DNA of 37,614 nucleotides. It comes from Thermoplasmatota archaeon (lineage in GTDB: Archaea; Thermoplasmatota; Penumbrarchaeia; Penumbrarchaeales; Penumbrarchaeaceae). A program made the translations under genes and the position numbers. Below, piece after piece: positions 26,458 through 35,525 of this stretch (position 1 is its first letter; every line of letters starts with the position of its first letter). The stretch is taken from assembly GCA_965234725.1 (NCBI GenBank), contig CBDDUX010000069.1, forward strand, positions 1-37,614. The letters are read 5' to 3'. The notes beneath the pieces were generated by a model. That model worked only from the letters and a program-made list of their open reading frames with translations, made no database searches and was not told the origin of the DNA.

Positions 26458-27429
26458 TTGATTTCAACTGACGATAGGGCCGACCGCCTTCTATCCAGGA
26501 TAGTCCCTCTCCTTTCGGGATGCAAATATCCACTGAGATCAAGACTTTCCAAAAGTGAGGAATGGACCATAATTACGAACGAGGACCATGATACCATGGA
26601 CCATGACCTCAAGGAAATGGAGGGACTCAGGGAGGGAGAACCACTGTATGCTTCTCTTGGCAGATCAAGATCGATCTCGGGACCAATTACCTCCGCTCAT
26701 GAGCTCAGTGATGATTCCATCCAGATACTCGACAAGCTCCTTGAGGGCATCGATAGGGGAGATATGGTACTCATCCTCATGGACATGGAGAGGAAGCAGG
26801 GTCAGATAAGCGCTTCATACCTATCCGAAAGGGCCATCCTCCAGGGTGCTTTCACAATGGGTTTCGTAATGAGGACAGGTAATTTCAGGGACATGGGTCA
26901 GATCGAGGATCTCAACAGGGACCTTCTGAAGCTCTCCAGGTCCTTCAACGGCATGGTAGGAATACCTCCAAAAGTGACCTCGGAAGGAAGGAACATCGAC
27001 CTCGCTCATCTCATCCGGCACCTGACGGATATGGCCTTCACCCCTGGGATCGTAAACCTGGACCATGCCGATCTTATGCTTACCACCAAGGGCGGGGCTA
27101 TCCTGGTGATGACATGGGGGGCCGCCATGCCCGGAGGTGATAGAGCTGCAACATCTGTCAGGGATGCGCTCACCAAATCCCTTTGCGATGTTGACCTCCG
27201 TTCAGTGAGGAAAGCTCTGGTGAACGTTGTGGGTAGCGGTGACCTGACGCTGGAAGATTCCCTGGTTGCGTCCGAGGTTCTCAAGAAGAGGATCAGACCC
27301 AACTCCAACATCATCTGGGGTGTCAGCATCATTGAGGGCATGGAGGAAGACATGGAAGTGTTCCTGATCCTGTCAACCACCCCCATGGAACTTCTGCTCC
27401 ATTGGTACAGCCATCCAGAAATAGATTGA
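26458..27429 (+). CDS. Divergent FtsZ/tubulin-like protein lacking the GTP-binding signature
   Basis: FtsZ C-domain: PGIVNLDHADL (T7 loop), ALVNVVGSGDLTLED, NIIWGVSI, MEVFLILS. GGGTGTG is replaced by MERKQGQ and there is no GVGGxG. Confidence 0.75.
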   Translation: MISTDDRADRLLSRIVPLLSGCKYPLRSRLSKSEEWTIITNEDHDTMDHDLKEMEGLREGEPLYASLGRSRSISGPITSAHELSDDSIQILDKLLEGIDRGDMVLILMDMERKQGQISASYLSERAILQGAFTMGFVMRTGNFRDMGQIEDLNRDLLKLSRSFNGMVGIPPKVTSEGRNIDLAHLIRHLTDMAFTPGIVNLDHADLMLTTKGGAILVMTWGAAMPGGDRAATSVRDALTKSLCDVDLRSVRKALVNVVGSGDLTLEDSLVASEVLKKRIRPNSNIIWGVSIIEGMEEDMEVFLILSTTPMELLLHWYSHPEID

Positions 27430-28284
27430 TCACTTCAAGGTCCCTGTCCTACCGCATCCCGGACATTCGAACCGATATGGACGATCGTTTGAATAGATGG
27501 GAATATCCGCACCGCAGCGACACTTGACAGTTCCTACCGGTTCATCTTCTCCAGCCCGATCATCTTCATCATCCTCGGACCAATCCACCTCATCCTCCTC
27601 CTCCTCAGTTTCATCCTCATCCTCCCAATCCTCGAATTCATCCTCTAACTGAGGTCCTTCGAACATGTCATCATCCAGAATGGACCTTCTTCTAGGGTCC
27701 TCATTGAAAATATCCGGTTCTTCTTTCGGAAGGGGAGGTCTCTCGAAAACGGGAACATGTGCCTTTTCAACTGTTTTCTGGTTCCCTTCGATCATGGTCC
27801 TCCATGAGGAGGCATCATCCTCTTGTACCGGGTTTCCATCTTCATCTTCTCTTATCAGAGTAGGCCCGTCGTGGACCATTCCCAGAACCTCCTCTTCCTC
27901 ATCATCCTTCAAGAGGTCTTGCATCCTTGTCAGACATTTCAGGAACCTATCCCTGGCCTTATCCTGTCCAGGGTCCAGGTCCAATGATTTGTAGAAGCAG
28001 GCCAATGCCGGCCTAGCCCTGCCGCTGTCCATTAGTATGCATCCCTTGGAATACCAGGCCTTTTCGTCCTCATTGTCGATCTCTATGGCCTCATCCATTT
28101 CTTCCAGAGCCTCTTCAATTCTTGAAAGTTTGGCGAGGATGACTCCTCTGGACGTATGGTTCCTGGAATCTTCCGGATCTGTTTCCACCAGGTCATCGGT
28201 CACTGCAAGGGCGAGCTCGAGGTCACCCTGAGATACTGCGGACTGCAGTTCCCTCTTGAGCCTTTCTATCTTAGAAATGGACAA
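27430..28284 (-). CDS. TPR protein with acidic linker and C-terminal Zn ribbon
   Basis: About three TPRs (AWYSKGCILMDSGRARPALACFYKSLDLDP), D/E-rich tract, KCRCG...ECPGCG. SD aggtga before TTG. Confidence 0.85.
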   Translation of the reverse strand: MSISKIERLKRELQSAVSQGDLELALAVTDDLVETDPEDSRNHTSRGVILAKLSRIEEALEEMDEAIEIDNEDEKAWYSKGCILMDSGRARPALACFYKSLDLDPGQDKARDRFLKCLTRMQDLLKDDEEEEVLGMVHDGPTLIREDEDGNPVQEDDASSWRTMIEGNQKTVEKAHVPVFERPPLPKEEPDIFNEDPRRRSILDDDMFEGPQLEDEFEDWEDEDETEEEEDEVDWSEDDEDDRAGEDEPVGTVKCRCGADIPIYSNDRPYRFECPGCGRTGTLK

Positions 28285-28378
28285 ACAGCATCACCTGTGG
28301 TTCGGAATACCACTCCGACCGTGAATCATATTCATGGGATAAGAACATTTAGGGTTATCCACGAAAAGTACCATTCAT

Positions 28379-29137
28379 TCAGGGTCCTGGGTTGAATGAC
28401 CATAGGGCCGTTTGGGCCAACGCTGTAAAGGAAGATATTCCAAGGATAGCCCCTCTTAGGTCATTACCACCTTCCGATAATACATTTGAATAACCTTCAT
28501 TAAGATGGTCAAGGAGTCTTCCATCAACCGAATCGATGTCTTCGAGGGTGGCAGGTTCTCCCTTACCAATGATCTTTCCGATTCCAGTTCCGAAGATATT
28601 ATCCATCTTCTTGAAGGATCCGATAGAATCCTCGATGATATCCGACCCATCTTCGATCTGCCAGTTGAAAACGTTTCTTACATCAGGATCCGGGTCGATA
28701 TGCCCCAATGCAAGGTCCCTGACGATCTCCCATGTGAACTTCTTCAACCGAGAGGAATAAGCAGCAGGCTGGCAGATAGAAGCCAGTAGAGAGAGGCATC
28801 GGTCTGCATGCTCACGGTCAAGTGCCCTTCTCACCACATACTTTCCGTTGGAATATAGATGGACCCTTGTATCGTTTCCTAAAACCCCCATCCCATAACC
28901 AAGCTTGGCTGACCATCTTGGATCCTTGAATGGTCCGTTTACGAACAACAGACCAAGGATATCGACATCGAGGACGGCGTTTAGACTGGAGCCGGGTCCA
29001 GGAAATCGTCCTTCAGCGGAAAACCTGGTGTGTTCCGAACAGGGTGACAATTCCTTGTTCAAAGCCGGGACCAGCCCCTTTATATCCGGTCTGATCGGAT
29101 TACAGATGATCCGCCAATCCCCATCCATCTTCAACAT
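28379..29137 (-). CDS. Hypothetical protein
   Basis: Long open frame filling the gap between genes; start uncertain (29167/29137/29128). Confidence 0.65.
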   Translation of the reverse strand: MLKMDGDWRIICNPIRPDIKGLVPALNKELSPCSEHTRFSAEGRFPGPGSSLNAVLDVDILGLLFVNGPFKDPRWSAKLGYGMGVLGNDTRVHLYSNGKYVVRRALDREHADRCLSLLASICQPAAYSSRLKKFTWEIVRDLALGHIDPDPDVRNVFNWQIEDGSDIIEDSIGSFKKMDNIFGTGIGKIIGKGEPATLEDIDSVDGRLLDHLNEGYSNVLSEGGNDLRGAILGISSFTALAQTALWSFNPGP

Positions 29138-29190
29138 CTCTTCCTTAAATGGGCAAAAATGGTACATATCTGTTTTGCCTTATCCTGATC

Positions 29191-30540
29191 ATGGAGGGAC
29201 CATCGTTCCGTTCTAATCCAGGGTTAAATGTCGAAGATCTCATCAGGGCGATCATGGATCCCATCTCACCCGGATCGATCCTGGGATCCTCATTGTCAGA
29301 AGGACCCCATGGGCCCATGGTAACAACAATTGAGGAACAGGCTGATCCTGAATTGTTCCTTGATCCACACATGAAGGTCTTTCTGATCGGCATCGGGAAG
29401 GCATCAGAAGATCTTGTTCCGACTGCATATTCCCTGCTTTCACGACAGGGTATTGACATCCTAAAAAGACCTGTAATTATAATTCCAGGACCTGGTAGGA
29501 AAGGTACTCTGAAGGATTATCGGCTATTGAAAGGGGAACACCCCATACCAGGACCGAAAGATCAGGAGAACATGGACCAGCTCTTAGAGATCATTTCAGG
29601 TCTGGATGATAAGGTCCAGGTCCTTGTCCTGCTCTCGGGAGGGGCCTCTTCCCTCTCCTTCCACCCCAGAAAGGGTATCGATCCTGATCTCAAGGTCTCG
29701 ATTATCAGGGAATTGATGGGAAATGGTTCAGATATCGGCTCTCTGAACACTGTAAGGACCTTTCTCAGTTACACGAAAGGAGGGGGCCTCCTCTGTTTCG
29801 GACCCTATCTGAAATGGAGGACCTTGATCCTTTCGGATGTGGTCGGGGATGATCCGAGGTTCATCGGTTCAGGACTCACCTATCCTTGGGAACCCGACCC
29901 TGCTGTCGTGGGTTCGATCATCGAGAAAGGTATAGGTAACAGTTGGATCACAAGAGAAATGATCCAAAACCTTGGAAAGAACAATAGGACAAGATGTGAT
30001 CCCTCAAAGGTCGATAGCAGGACATTCACCATAGCCAATCACAGGACAGCTGCCATGTCTGCTGTTAATGTTCTGAAGTTGAAGGGTTTCTCACCATTCC
30101 AGAGGGATCTCCTACATACCGGAGATGCCAGGCATACTGCTTCGATCCTTATTAAAGAAGCCAGGGAAGTCGTAAAGGCGGGTAATTACGATTCTTTCAT
30201 TTCAGCCGGGGAGACAACGGTCAAGGTCAAAGGAGTAGGAAAAGGGGGGAGGAACTCGGAGATGGTGGCATCCATGTTCGGAAACCTCGAAAGAGAGGAG
30301 ATTGTCATCTGCTTCGGCACTGATGGGAAGGATGGCATATGGGAAGGAGCCGGGGGGTGGGTGACCGGTCAGGACACCCGTACCATCGAAACCGAGAATT
30401 CACTCAAGGAAAATGATACTGGCTCCTATTTAATCAAAAACAACAGAGCAGTCATTACTGATCCTACCGGGAACAATCTGGGTGACCTTTTCATATATCT
30501 TCATCTTTCGGAGCAAGGTCATCCCCGCCTCCGTAAGTGA
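29191..30540 (+). CDS. Glycerate 2-kinase (DUF4147/MOFRL family)
   Basis: GIGKAS, GEHPIP, LLSGGASS, KGGGL, LSDVVGDD..IGSG, GETTV..GGRN, GTDGKDG, TGNNLGD. Start uncertain. Confidence 0.88.
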   Translation: MEGPSFRSNPGLNVEDLIRAIMDPISPGSILGSSLSEGPHGPMVTTIEEQADPELFLDPHMKVFLIGIGKASEDLVPTAYSLLSRQGIDILKRPVIIIPGPGRKGTLKDYRLLKGEHPIPGPKDQENMDQLLEIISGLDDKVQVLVLLSGGASSLSFHPRKGIDPDLKVSIIRELMGNGSDIGSLNTVRTFLSYTKGGGLLCFGPYLKWRTLILSDVVGDDPRFIGSGLTYPWEPDPAVVGSIIEKGIGNSWITREMIQNLGKNNRTRCDPSKVDSRTFTIANHRTAAMSAVNVLKLKGFSPFQRDLLHTGDARHTASILIKEAREVVKAGNYDSFISAGETTVKVKGVGKGGRNSEMVASMFGNLEREEIVICFGTDGKDGIWEGAGGWVTGQDTRTIETENSLKENDTGSYLIKNNRAVITDPTGNNLGDLFIYLHLSEQGHPRLRK

Positions 30541-31282
30541 GCTGGATCAACTCGTAGATCCTTTCGATCCCACTGCCATCAGAAGAGGATACCGGGAATA
30601 ATCGGGAAGCAATACCCAATTCATAGAGAACCTTGTTAATCCCAACACTCAGCTCTCTTGACATAGAGGGTTCATGACCTGCCTCTTGAATGACCTCATC
30701 CATCAGCTGGTCTGGATAGTTCTGCCATCTGGTGAGGTTCTCAAGCATACCCTCTTCCACCAGATCGGCTTTTGAAAGGATCTCGATCGAGGGGATGTTG
30801 AACCTCATCCTTGAAAGGGCTGACAGCATCAACTGGGTAACGAATCCGGTAGGTGTCCTTGCATTGAACGGATCGACCAGGTAGACCAGGTAGGAATTGG
30901 GAACCAATCCCTTTACGAGTTCCCTGGTGGCCTCCCTGAATGAGAAAAGCTCCATCTGACCGGGTGTATCAAAGATGATATACCTTCCCTCTGTAAGATC
31001 AAGTGATTCCCTTATCCTGGTGCTGTAGAGGGCCAGCATATCCGCGGCCACTATCTGGGCACCATTTGGACCAAGGCCGTACTCCTCCATGATGTCGGCA
31101 AGTGTCATCCAATCCCTGACATCGACATCCGCTTCGTAAGGTGATAGGTCTGCGCCTGGATCCAGGTTCACGATCTGGTAGGGATACCCTGTTTCTTCCA
31201 TCCAGTTCCCCATGGCAGCTGCCAATGTGGACTTTCCGCATCCTGCTGTTCCAGTGAGGAACAATCCAACTGTTTCCTGCAT
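30491..31282 (-). CDS. GPN-loop GTPase
   Basis: GTAGCGKST, VNLDPG, GLGPNGA (GPN loop), DTPGQMELF, SKAD. Confidence 0.92.
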   Translation of the reverse strand: MQETVGLFLTGTAGCGKSTLAAAMGNWMEETGYPYQIVNLDPGADLSPYEADVDVRDWMTLADIMEEYGLGPNGAQIVAADMLALYSTRIRESLDLTEGRYIIFDTPGQMELFSFREATRELVKGLVPNSYLVYLVDPFNARTPTGFVTQLMLSALSRMRFNIPSIEILSKADLVEEGMLENLTRWQNYPDQLMDEVIQEAGHEPSMSRELSVGINKVLYELGIASRLFPVSSSDGSGIERIYELIQLTYGGGDDLAPKDEDI

Positions 31283-31285
31283 CCT

Positions 31286-31510
31286 TCAACCTCCGGAAGC
31301 GACCGCGATAAGCCGGATATCATTTCCCTTGATATCGGTCATAAGAGTATCAAGGGGCAATGGTTCAGGTCCGTTGAAGATAAGGACCCCATCGACAGGC
31401 TGACCCATCTCCCTGATCAGGTCCATTAGGGTCGAATCTCTATCGATATCAATAACGATCCTTTCATTCTCCCTTTCCAGATGGACATTGATCCTGATAT
31501 TCTTCACCAA
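31286..31510 (-). CDS. Ubiquitin-like ThiS/MoaD/SAMP protein
   Basis: 74 aa, beta-grasp pattern, C-terminal IRLIAVASGG diglycine. Confidence 0.85.
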   Translation of the reverse strand: MVKNIRINVHLERENERIVIDIDRDSTLMDLIREMGQPVDGVLIFNGPEPLPLDTLMTDIKGNDIRLIAVASGG

Positions 31511-31589
31511 CCTGAAGTCTACGGCACTGCGGTCCGATCAAACCTGATGTTCGATCGGTATTAATCTTTTCCCGACAATCATTGGAGGA

Positions 31590-32252
31590 TCAACCCCTGA
31601 TGGCATACATTATAAGATTGTCAGAGCCGTCATCCCTTCTGGAAAACAGGGACATTACCATGGAGGTCACAAGGAGTCCCACTCCCATACCCATTGGGAA
31701 CCCAGTAAGGATCCTGGTTGGATTCGTGGACTCGTAACTCCATCCGAAGGGGAGGAGCGACATTGTTGAAAGCGCCTGGATCCCTCCATCCATCGCGGTT
31801 GGGGTTAAAAGAAGGATTATGACAGAGGCGAACAGGATACCTGAATGTCTTCCAAGGAATCCTTTCCTGAACTTTCTTGGAAGTATCGAATTGAATACCA
31901 TTGTGGGATGATCATGGGCCTGGGCCCGGGTAAGAAGTATCGCTCCGAACATCACCCCAATGAAGATAGAAACATCCCTTGTGCAAACGGGCATCTGGTT
32001 TCCCTTTATTATCAAGGTCCTATCCATGATCTGATGGCAGTTCAGGTCCCCGAAGGTATAGACCAATCTGGGGAACGTGTCCATTGAGCTCCATCGGTCC
32101 GAATGGTCGATCCAGTTGGCATTGGCATCCAGATCTGTTACAGTTTCCCTAGGCTGTGAAAGGGGAGCAAGGAACAGTGATACAACAAGCATTAGGTCCA
32201 GAAATGCCAGGAATAATGGGACCCTGTGGACCTTGACACTTGCTATGATCAT
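31590..32252 (-). CDS. DUF2085 membrane protein
   Basis: CHQ..R, QMPVCTRD, PTAMDG, TNPTRILTG motifs; TM segments. Confidence 0.85.
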   Translation of the reverse strand: MIIASVKVHRVPLFLAFLDLMLVVSLFLAPLSQPRETVTDLDANANWIDHSDRWSSMDTFPRLVYTFGDLNCHQIMDRTLIIKGNQMPVCTRDVSIFIGVMFGAILLTRAQAHDHPTMVFNSILPRKFRKGFLGRHSGILFASVIILLLTPTAMDGGIQALSTMSLLPFGWSYESTNPTRILTGFPMGMGVGLLVTSMVMSLFSRRDDGSDNLIMYAIRG

Positions 32253-32297
32253 GCAACTTGAACGTGGATTTGGATTAAATCACTACTGGTAGGTCTA

Positions 32298-33437
32298 TCA
32301 CAGTCCCAGCTTCTTGGCGATAACCATGCGCTGGACCTCGGACGTTCCCTCACCAATGGTGTACAGTTTTACATCCCTGAAGAACCTCTCCACGGGGTAT
32401 TCCTTGGTGTAACCGTAACCTCCGTGGATCTGGACAGCTTCAACGGCAGCCTTTACCGCGACCTCGGATGCGAAGAGCTTAGCCATGGCTGCCTCTTTTC
32501 CGAAAGGTATCCCCTTGTCTTCAAGGAAGGCAGCCCTGTGGACCAGAAGACGAGCGGCCTCTATCTCCGTGGCCATGTCCACCATCTTCCACTGGATCGC
32601 CTGGAATTTGGATATGGGCTTACCGAACTGCTCCCTCTGCTTGGAGTATTCCAGGCACTCATCGAGGGCTCCCTGGGCAAGACCAACCGCCAGAGCACCA
32701 ATGGCGGTCCTCCCACGATCCAATATTCCCATCGCCCCTATGAAGCCATTTCCTTCCTCTCCGATCAGGTTCTCTTTGGGAACCCTGCAGTCCTCTAAAT
32801 GAAGCTGGGATGTCAATGATCCTCTGAGGCCCATCTTGTCCTCTTCACTACCGTATATGAGGCCGGGTGTCCCCTTTTCGACGATAAAAGCACTGATCCC
32901 CCTTGCTCCCTTGGTCTTATCGGTCTTGGCCATTACCGTGATGACCTCAGCCACGCTTCCGCTGGTTATGAACTGTTTTGAACCATTGATCACCCACTCA
33001 TCACCTTCAAGGACCGCAGTTGTCTGAAGACCGGCAGCATCGGATCCTGCATTCGGTTCGGTAAGTGCCCATGCGGCAATGCCTTTCCCGTTTAAAAGAC
33101 CAGGGAGGTATTTTTTCCTCTGCTCCTCGTTCCCCATTTCATAGATATGACCAACACCAAGGGAATTATGAGCCTCGACCGTGAGACCCGTTGAACCGCA
33201 GACCCGTCCAATTTCCTCAAGTGCCAGCATGTAACAGACGGCATCTATTCTCGAACCTCCGTATTCCGGCGGTACCGTCATCCCCATCAGACCAAGGGCC
33301 CCAAGCTTCCTGATGGTCTCCCAGGGGAACTTCTCCTCCTTGTCGGTATCAGCCGCTATGGGCTTTATCTCTTTCTCAGCGAACTCCCTGACCATGTTCT
33401 TTATCATTTTCTGCTCATCCGTGAAACCGAAATCCAT
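32298..33437 (-). CDS. Acyl-CoA dehydrogenase (short/branched-chain type)
   Basis: [50 protein letters not shown]. Confidence 0.95.
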   Translation of the reverse strand: MDFGFTDEQKMIKNMVREFAEKEIKPIAADTDKEEKFPWETIRKLGALGLMGMTVPPEYGGSRIDAVCYMLALEEIGRVCGSTGLTVEAHNSLGVGHIYEMGNEEQRKKYLPGLLNGKGIAAWALTEPNAGSDAAGLQTTAVLEGDEWVINGSKQFITSGSVAEVITVMAKTDKTKGARGISAFIVEKGTPGLIYGSEEDKMGLRGSLTSQLHLEDCRVPKENLIGEEGNGFIGAMGILDRGRTAIGALAVGLAQGALDECLEYSKQREQFGKPISKFQAIQWKMVDMATEIEAARLLVHRAAFLEDKGIPFGKEAAMAKLFASEVAVKAAVEAVQIHGGYGYTKEYPVERFFRDVKLYTIGEGTSEVQRMVIAKKLGL

Positions 33438-33624
33438 GCCAACACCTCTTGTACTTCGACCCGATCATTGGGCGATATGTCACAGGTCCGCATCACCTAA
33501 ATGATTTGAATAACTTTCCGTTTGCCGATCCGTAACGGTCACAATTCCCTTCCAGACCCTTGGACAGGACCATGGCTTCGAAATGTTATATAACGGGGTT
33601 TCCGATACGGGGAAGGTTTCTCAA

Positions 33625-34596
33625 ATGCTCGAACAGGGGATCGGGGAGCTTTTCCACTCCTCAACGGCCGAAGAGATAAGGGAATGGAACAGGGATCACA
33701 AACTGAGGGGTCTGGTGGACAAGATGACCACCGCCAGGGCCGCGGTGGAAAAATATGTACAAGATGGAATGTACATAGGTATAGGCGGATTCGGACACAT
33801 TCGGATCTCCATGCCTCTCATTTATGAGATAGTCAGGCAGAGGAAGAAGCATCTGATGGTATCTGGCCATACGGCTGTCCACGACCTGGATGTCCTAATA
33901 GCCGGAGATTGCGTGGACGCCGTCGATGTGGCATATTCCTTCGCCTATGAGACCAGAGGCCTTTCAAAGAATGGAAGGAGAGCGGTTGAATCGGGAAGGA
34001 TAAGATGTACCGAATGGACGAATGCAGCTCTTTCCTGGAGGCTCAAGGCGGCTGCCATGGGACTTCCTTTCCTTCCGGCAAGGACGATGCTCGGTTCGGA
34101 TACGTTCAAATATAGTGCTGCAAAGACCATTGAGTGCCCTTTCACCGGGCAAAAACTTGTTGCTCTTCCAGCCCTGATGCCGGATGTATCGGTCCTTCAT
34201 GTGCACTATGCTGACAGGTTTGGAAACTGTTTGATCAAGGGAACAACGGTCAAGGATGATGACCTTGCCAAGGCTTCAAAGAGAGTCATCGTTACGGCAG
34301 AGAGGATCGTGCCTGATTCATTCTTCAGAGATGCTCCTGAAAGGACCACCATCCCCTATTTCTGCGCTGATGGTGTGATCGAAGCAGCCCATGGAAGTCA
34401 TCCTGGGAATATGCCCTATGAATACTACTTCGACGAGGAGCATATCAGGAACTATCTGAAAGCAGGAGCCACCGAGGAGACAATGAAGGAATACCTTGAT
34501 AAATGGGTCTTCTCCGTTGATGACTTCGATGGGTATCTCGACCTGGTCGGGACTAAAAAGCTAACCGAACTCAGAAGACTGGAGGAATTGAGATGA
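33625..34596 (+). CDS. CoA transferase subunit A (glutaconate CoA-transferase GctA-like)
   Basis: DGMYIGIGGF, RLKAAAMGLPFLP, LGSD, CPFTG, DRFGN, HPGNMP. ttatataa at ~33586 favours a start at 33625. Confidence 0.88.
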   Translation: MLEQGIGELFHSSTAEEIREWNRDHKLRGLVDKMTTARAAVEKYVQDGMYIGIGGFGHIRISMPLIYEIVRQRKKHLMVSGHTAVHDLDVLIAGDCVDAVDVAYSFAYETRGLSKNGRRAVESGRIRCTEWTNAALSWRLKAAAMGLPFLPARTMLGSDTFKYSAAKTIECPFTGQKLVALPALMPDVSVLHVHYADRFGNCLIKGTTVKDDDLAKASKRVIVTAERIVPDSFFRDAPERTTIPYFCADGVIEAAHGSHPGNMPYEYYFDEEHIRNYLKAGATEETMKEYLDKWVFSVDDFDGYLDLVGTKKLTELRRLEELR

Positions 34597-35357
34597 CCGG
34601 ATACTCCTCTATTGAGATGATGGCAGTTGTGGCCTCACACCAGCTTGAGGATGGGAAGATCGTTGGCCTGGGGACTGGATTGCCAATGATCGCCGGTCTG
34701 TTGGCGCAGAAGACACATGCCCCAAAACTTATAATCTTCTTTGAAGCAGGTAGCATCGCACCTCAAGTCCCTACTCTCCCCATCTCCGTTGGAGATTCCA
34801 GATGCGGCCATCGTCCGGTGGCTGCCACGGGCCTTTCAGGTATTATGGAGACTGGCCAGAGAGGGATGATCGATTATGCTTTCTTAGGAGGGGCGGAGGT
34901 GGACATGTATGGCAACATCAATTCCACCGTCATCGGGGACCATGACTCACCAAAGATAAGATTACCTGGCAGCGGAGGAGCAAATGATTTTGGGTCTCTG
35001 GCCTGGAAGACCATGATCATAGCAAGACATGACAAGGCAAAGCTCCCGGAAAGGGTCAGTTTCATTACAACCCCAGGATTCATCGACGGACCTGGAGCCA
35101 GGGAAAGAGCAGGTCTTCCCGTGGGAACCGGACCTTACAGAGTGATCACGAACCTTGCCCTCATGGGATTCGATGAGGAAACCTGCAAGATGAAACTTAT
35201 TAGCGTTCATCCAGGGGTCACGGTTGAACAGGTGATCGAAAACACTGGGTTCGAAATGATCATCCCTGATAATGTGACAACCTCGCCCGAACCCACCGAG
35301 GAGGAGCTTAGAATTCTGAAAGAGATCGATCCGGCAGGAATCATCATCAAACGATGA
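34593..35357 (+). CDS. CoA transferase subunit B (GctB-like)
   Basis: GTGLP, FEAG (catalytic Glu), FLGGAEVDMYGNINST, RLPGSGGAND, SVHPGVT..V..NTGF. ATGA overlap with subunit A. Confidence 0.9.
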   Translation: MTGYSSIEMMAVVASHQLEDGKIVGLGTGLPMIAGLLAQKTHAPKLIIFFEAGSIAPQVPTLPISVGDSRCGHRPVAATGLSGIMETGQRGMIDYAFLGGAEVDMYGNINSTVIGDHDSPKIRLPGSGGANDFGSLAWKTMIIARHDKAKLPERVSFITTPGFIDGPGARERAGLPVGTGPYRVITNLALMGFDEETCKMKLISVHPGVTVEQVIENTGFEMIIPDNVTTSPEPTEEELRILKEIDPAGIIIKR

Positions 35358-35426
35358 CCACGGAAAAAAGGTTGAACACCTTGCGAAAATCATTTATTGC
35401 ATTTGTCCTCTTTACCGATGGATCCA

Positions 35427-35485
35427 TGGAGATATTCCGGGTACCAGCATCCCGTACTAACCCATTTATGGGACCGGATTCTCCA
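35427..35485 (+). promoter_or_regulatory. Structured 5' leader of the thiolase gene
   Basis: tggaga/tctcca and tccgg/ccgga enclose gtac..gtac and cccat-tt-atggg. TATA-like aaaatcatttatt ~35385-35398. Confidence 0.35.
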
Positions 35486-35525
35486 ATAGTCCTTATTTAA
35501 TTAGAAGGAACAGTGGAGGTAGAAC

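Noticed and set aside
33625..35357. AibAB-type methylglutaconyl-CoA decarboxylase
   Set aside because: The CoA-transferase catalytic Glu (FEAG) is retained.
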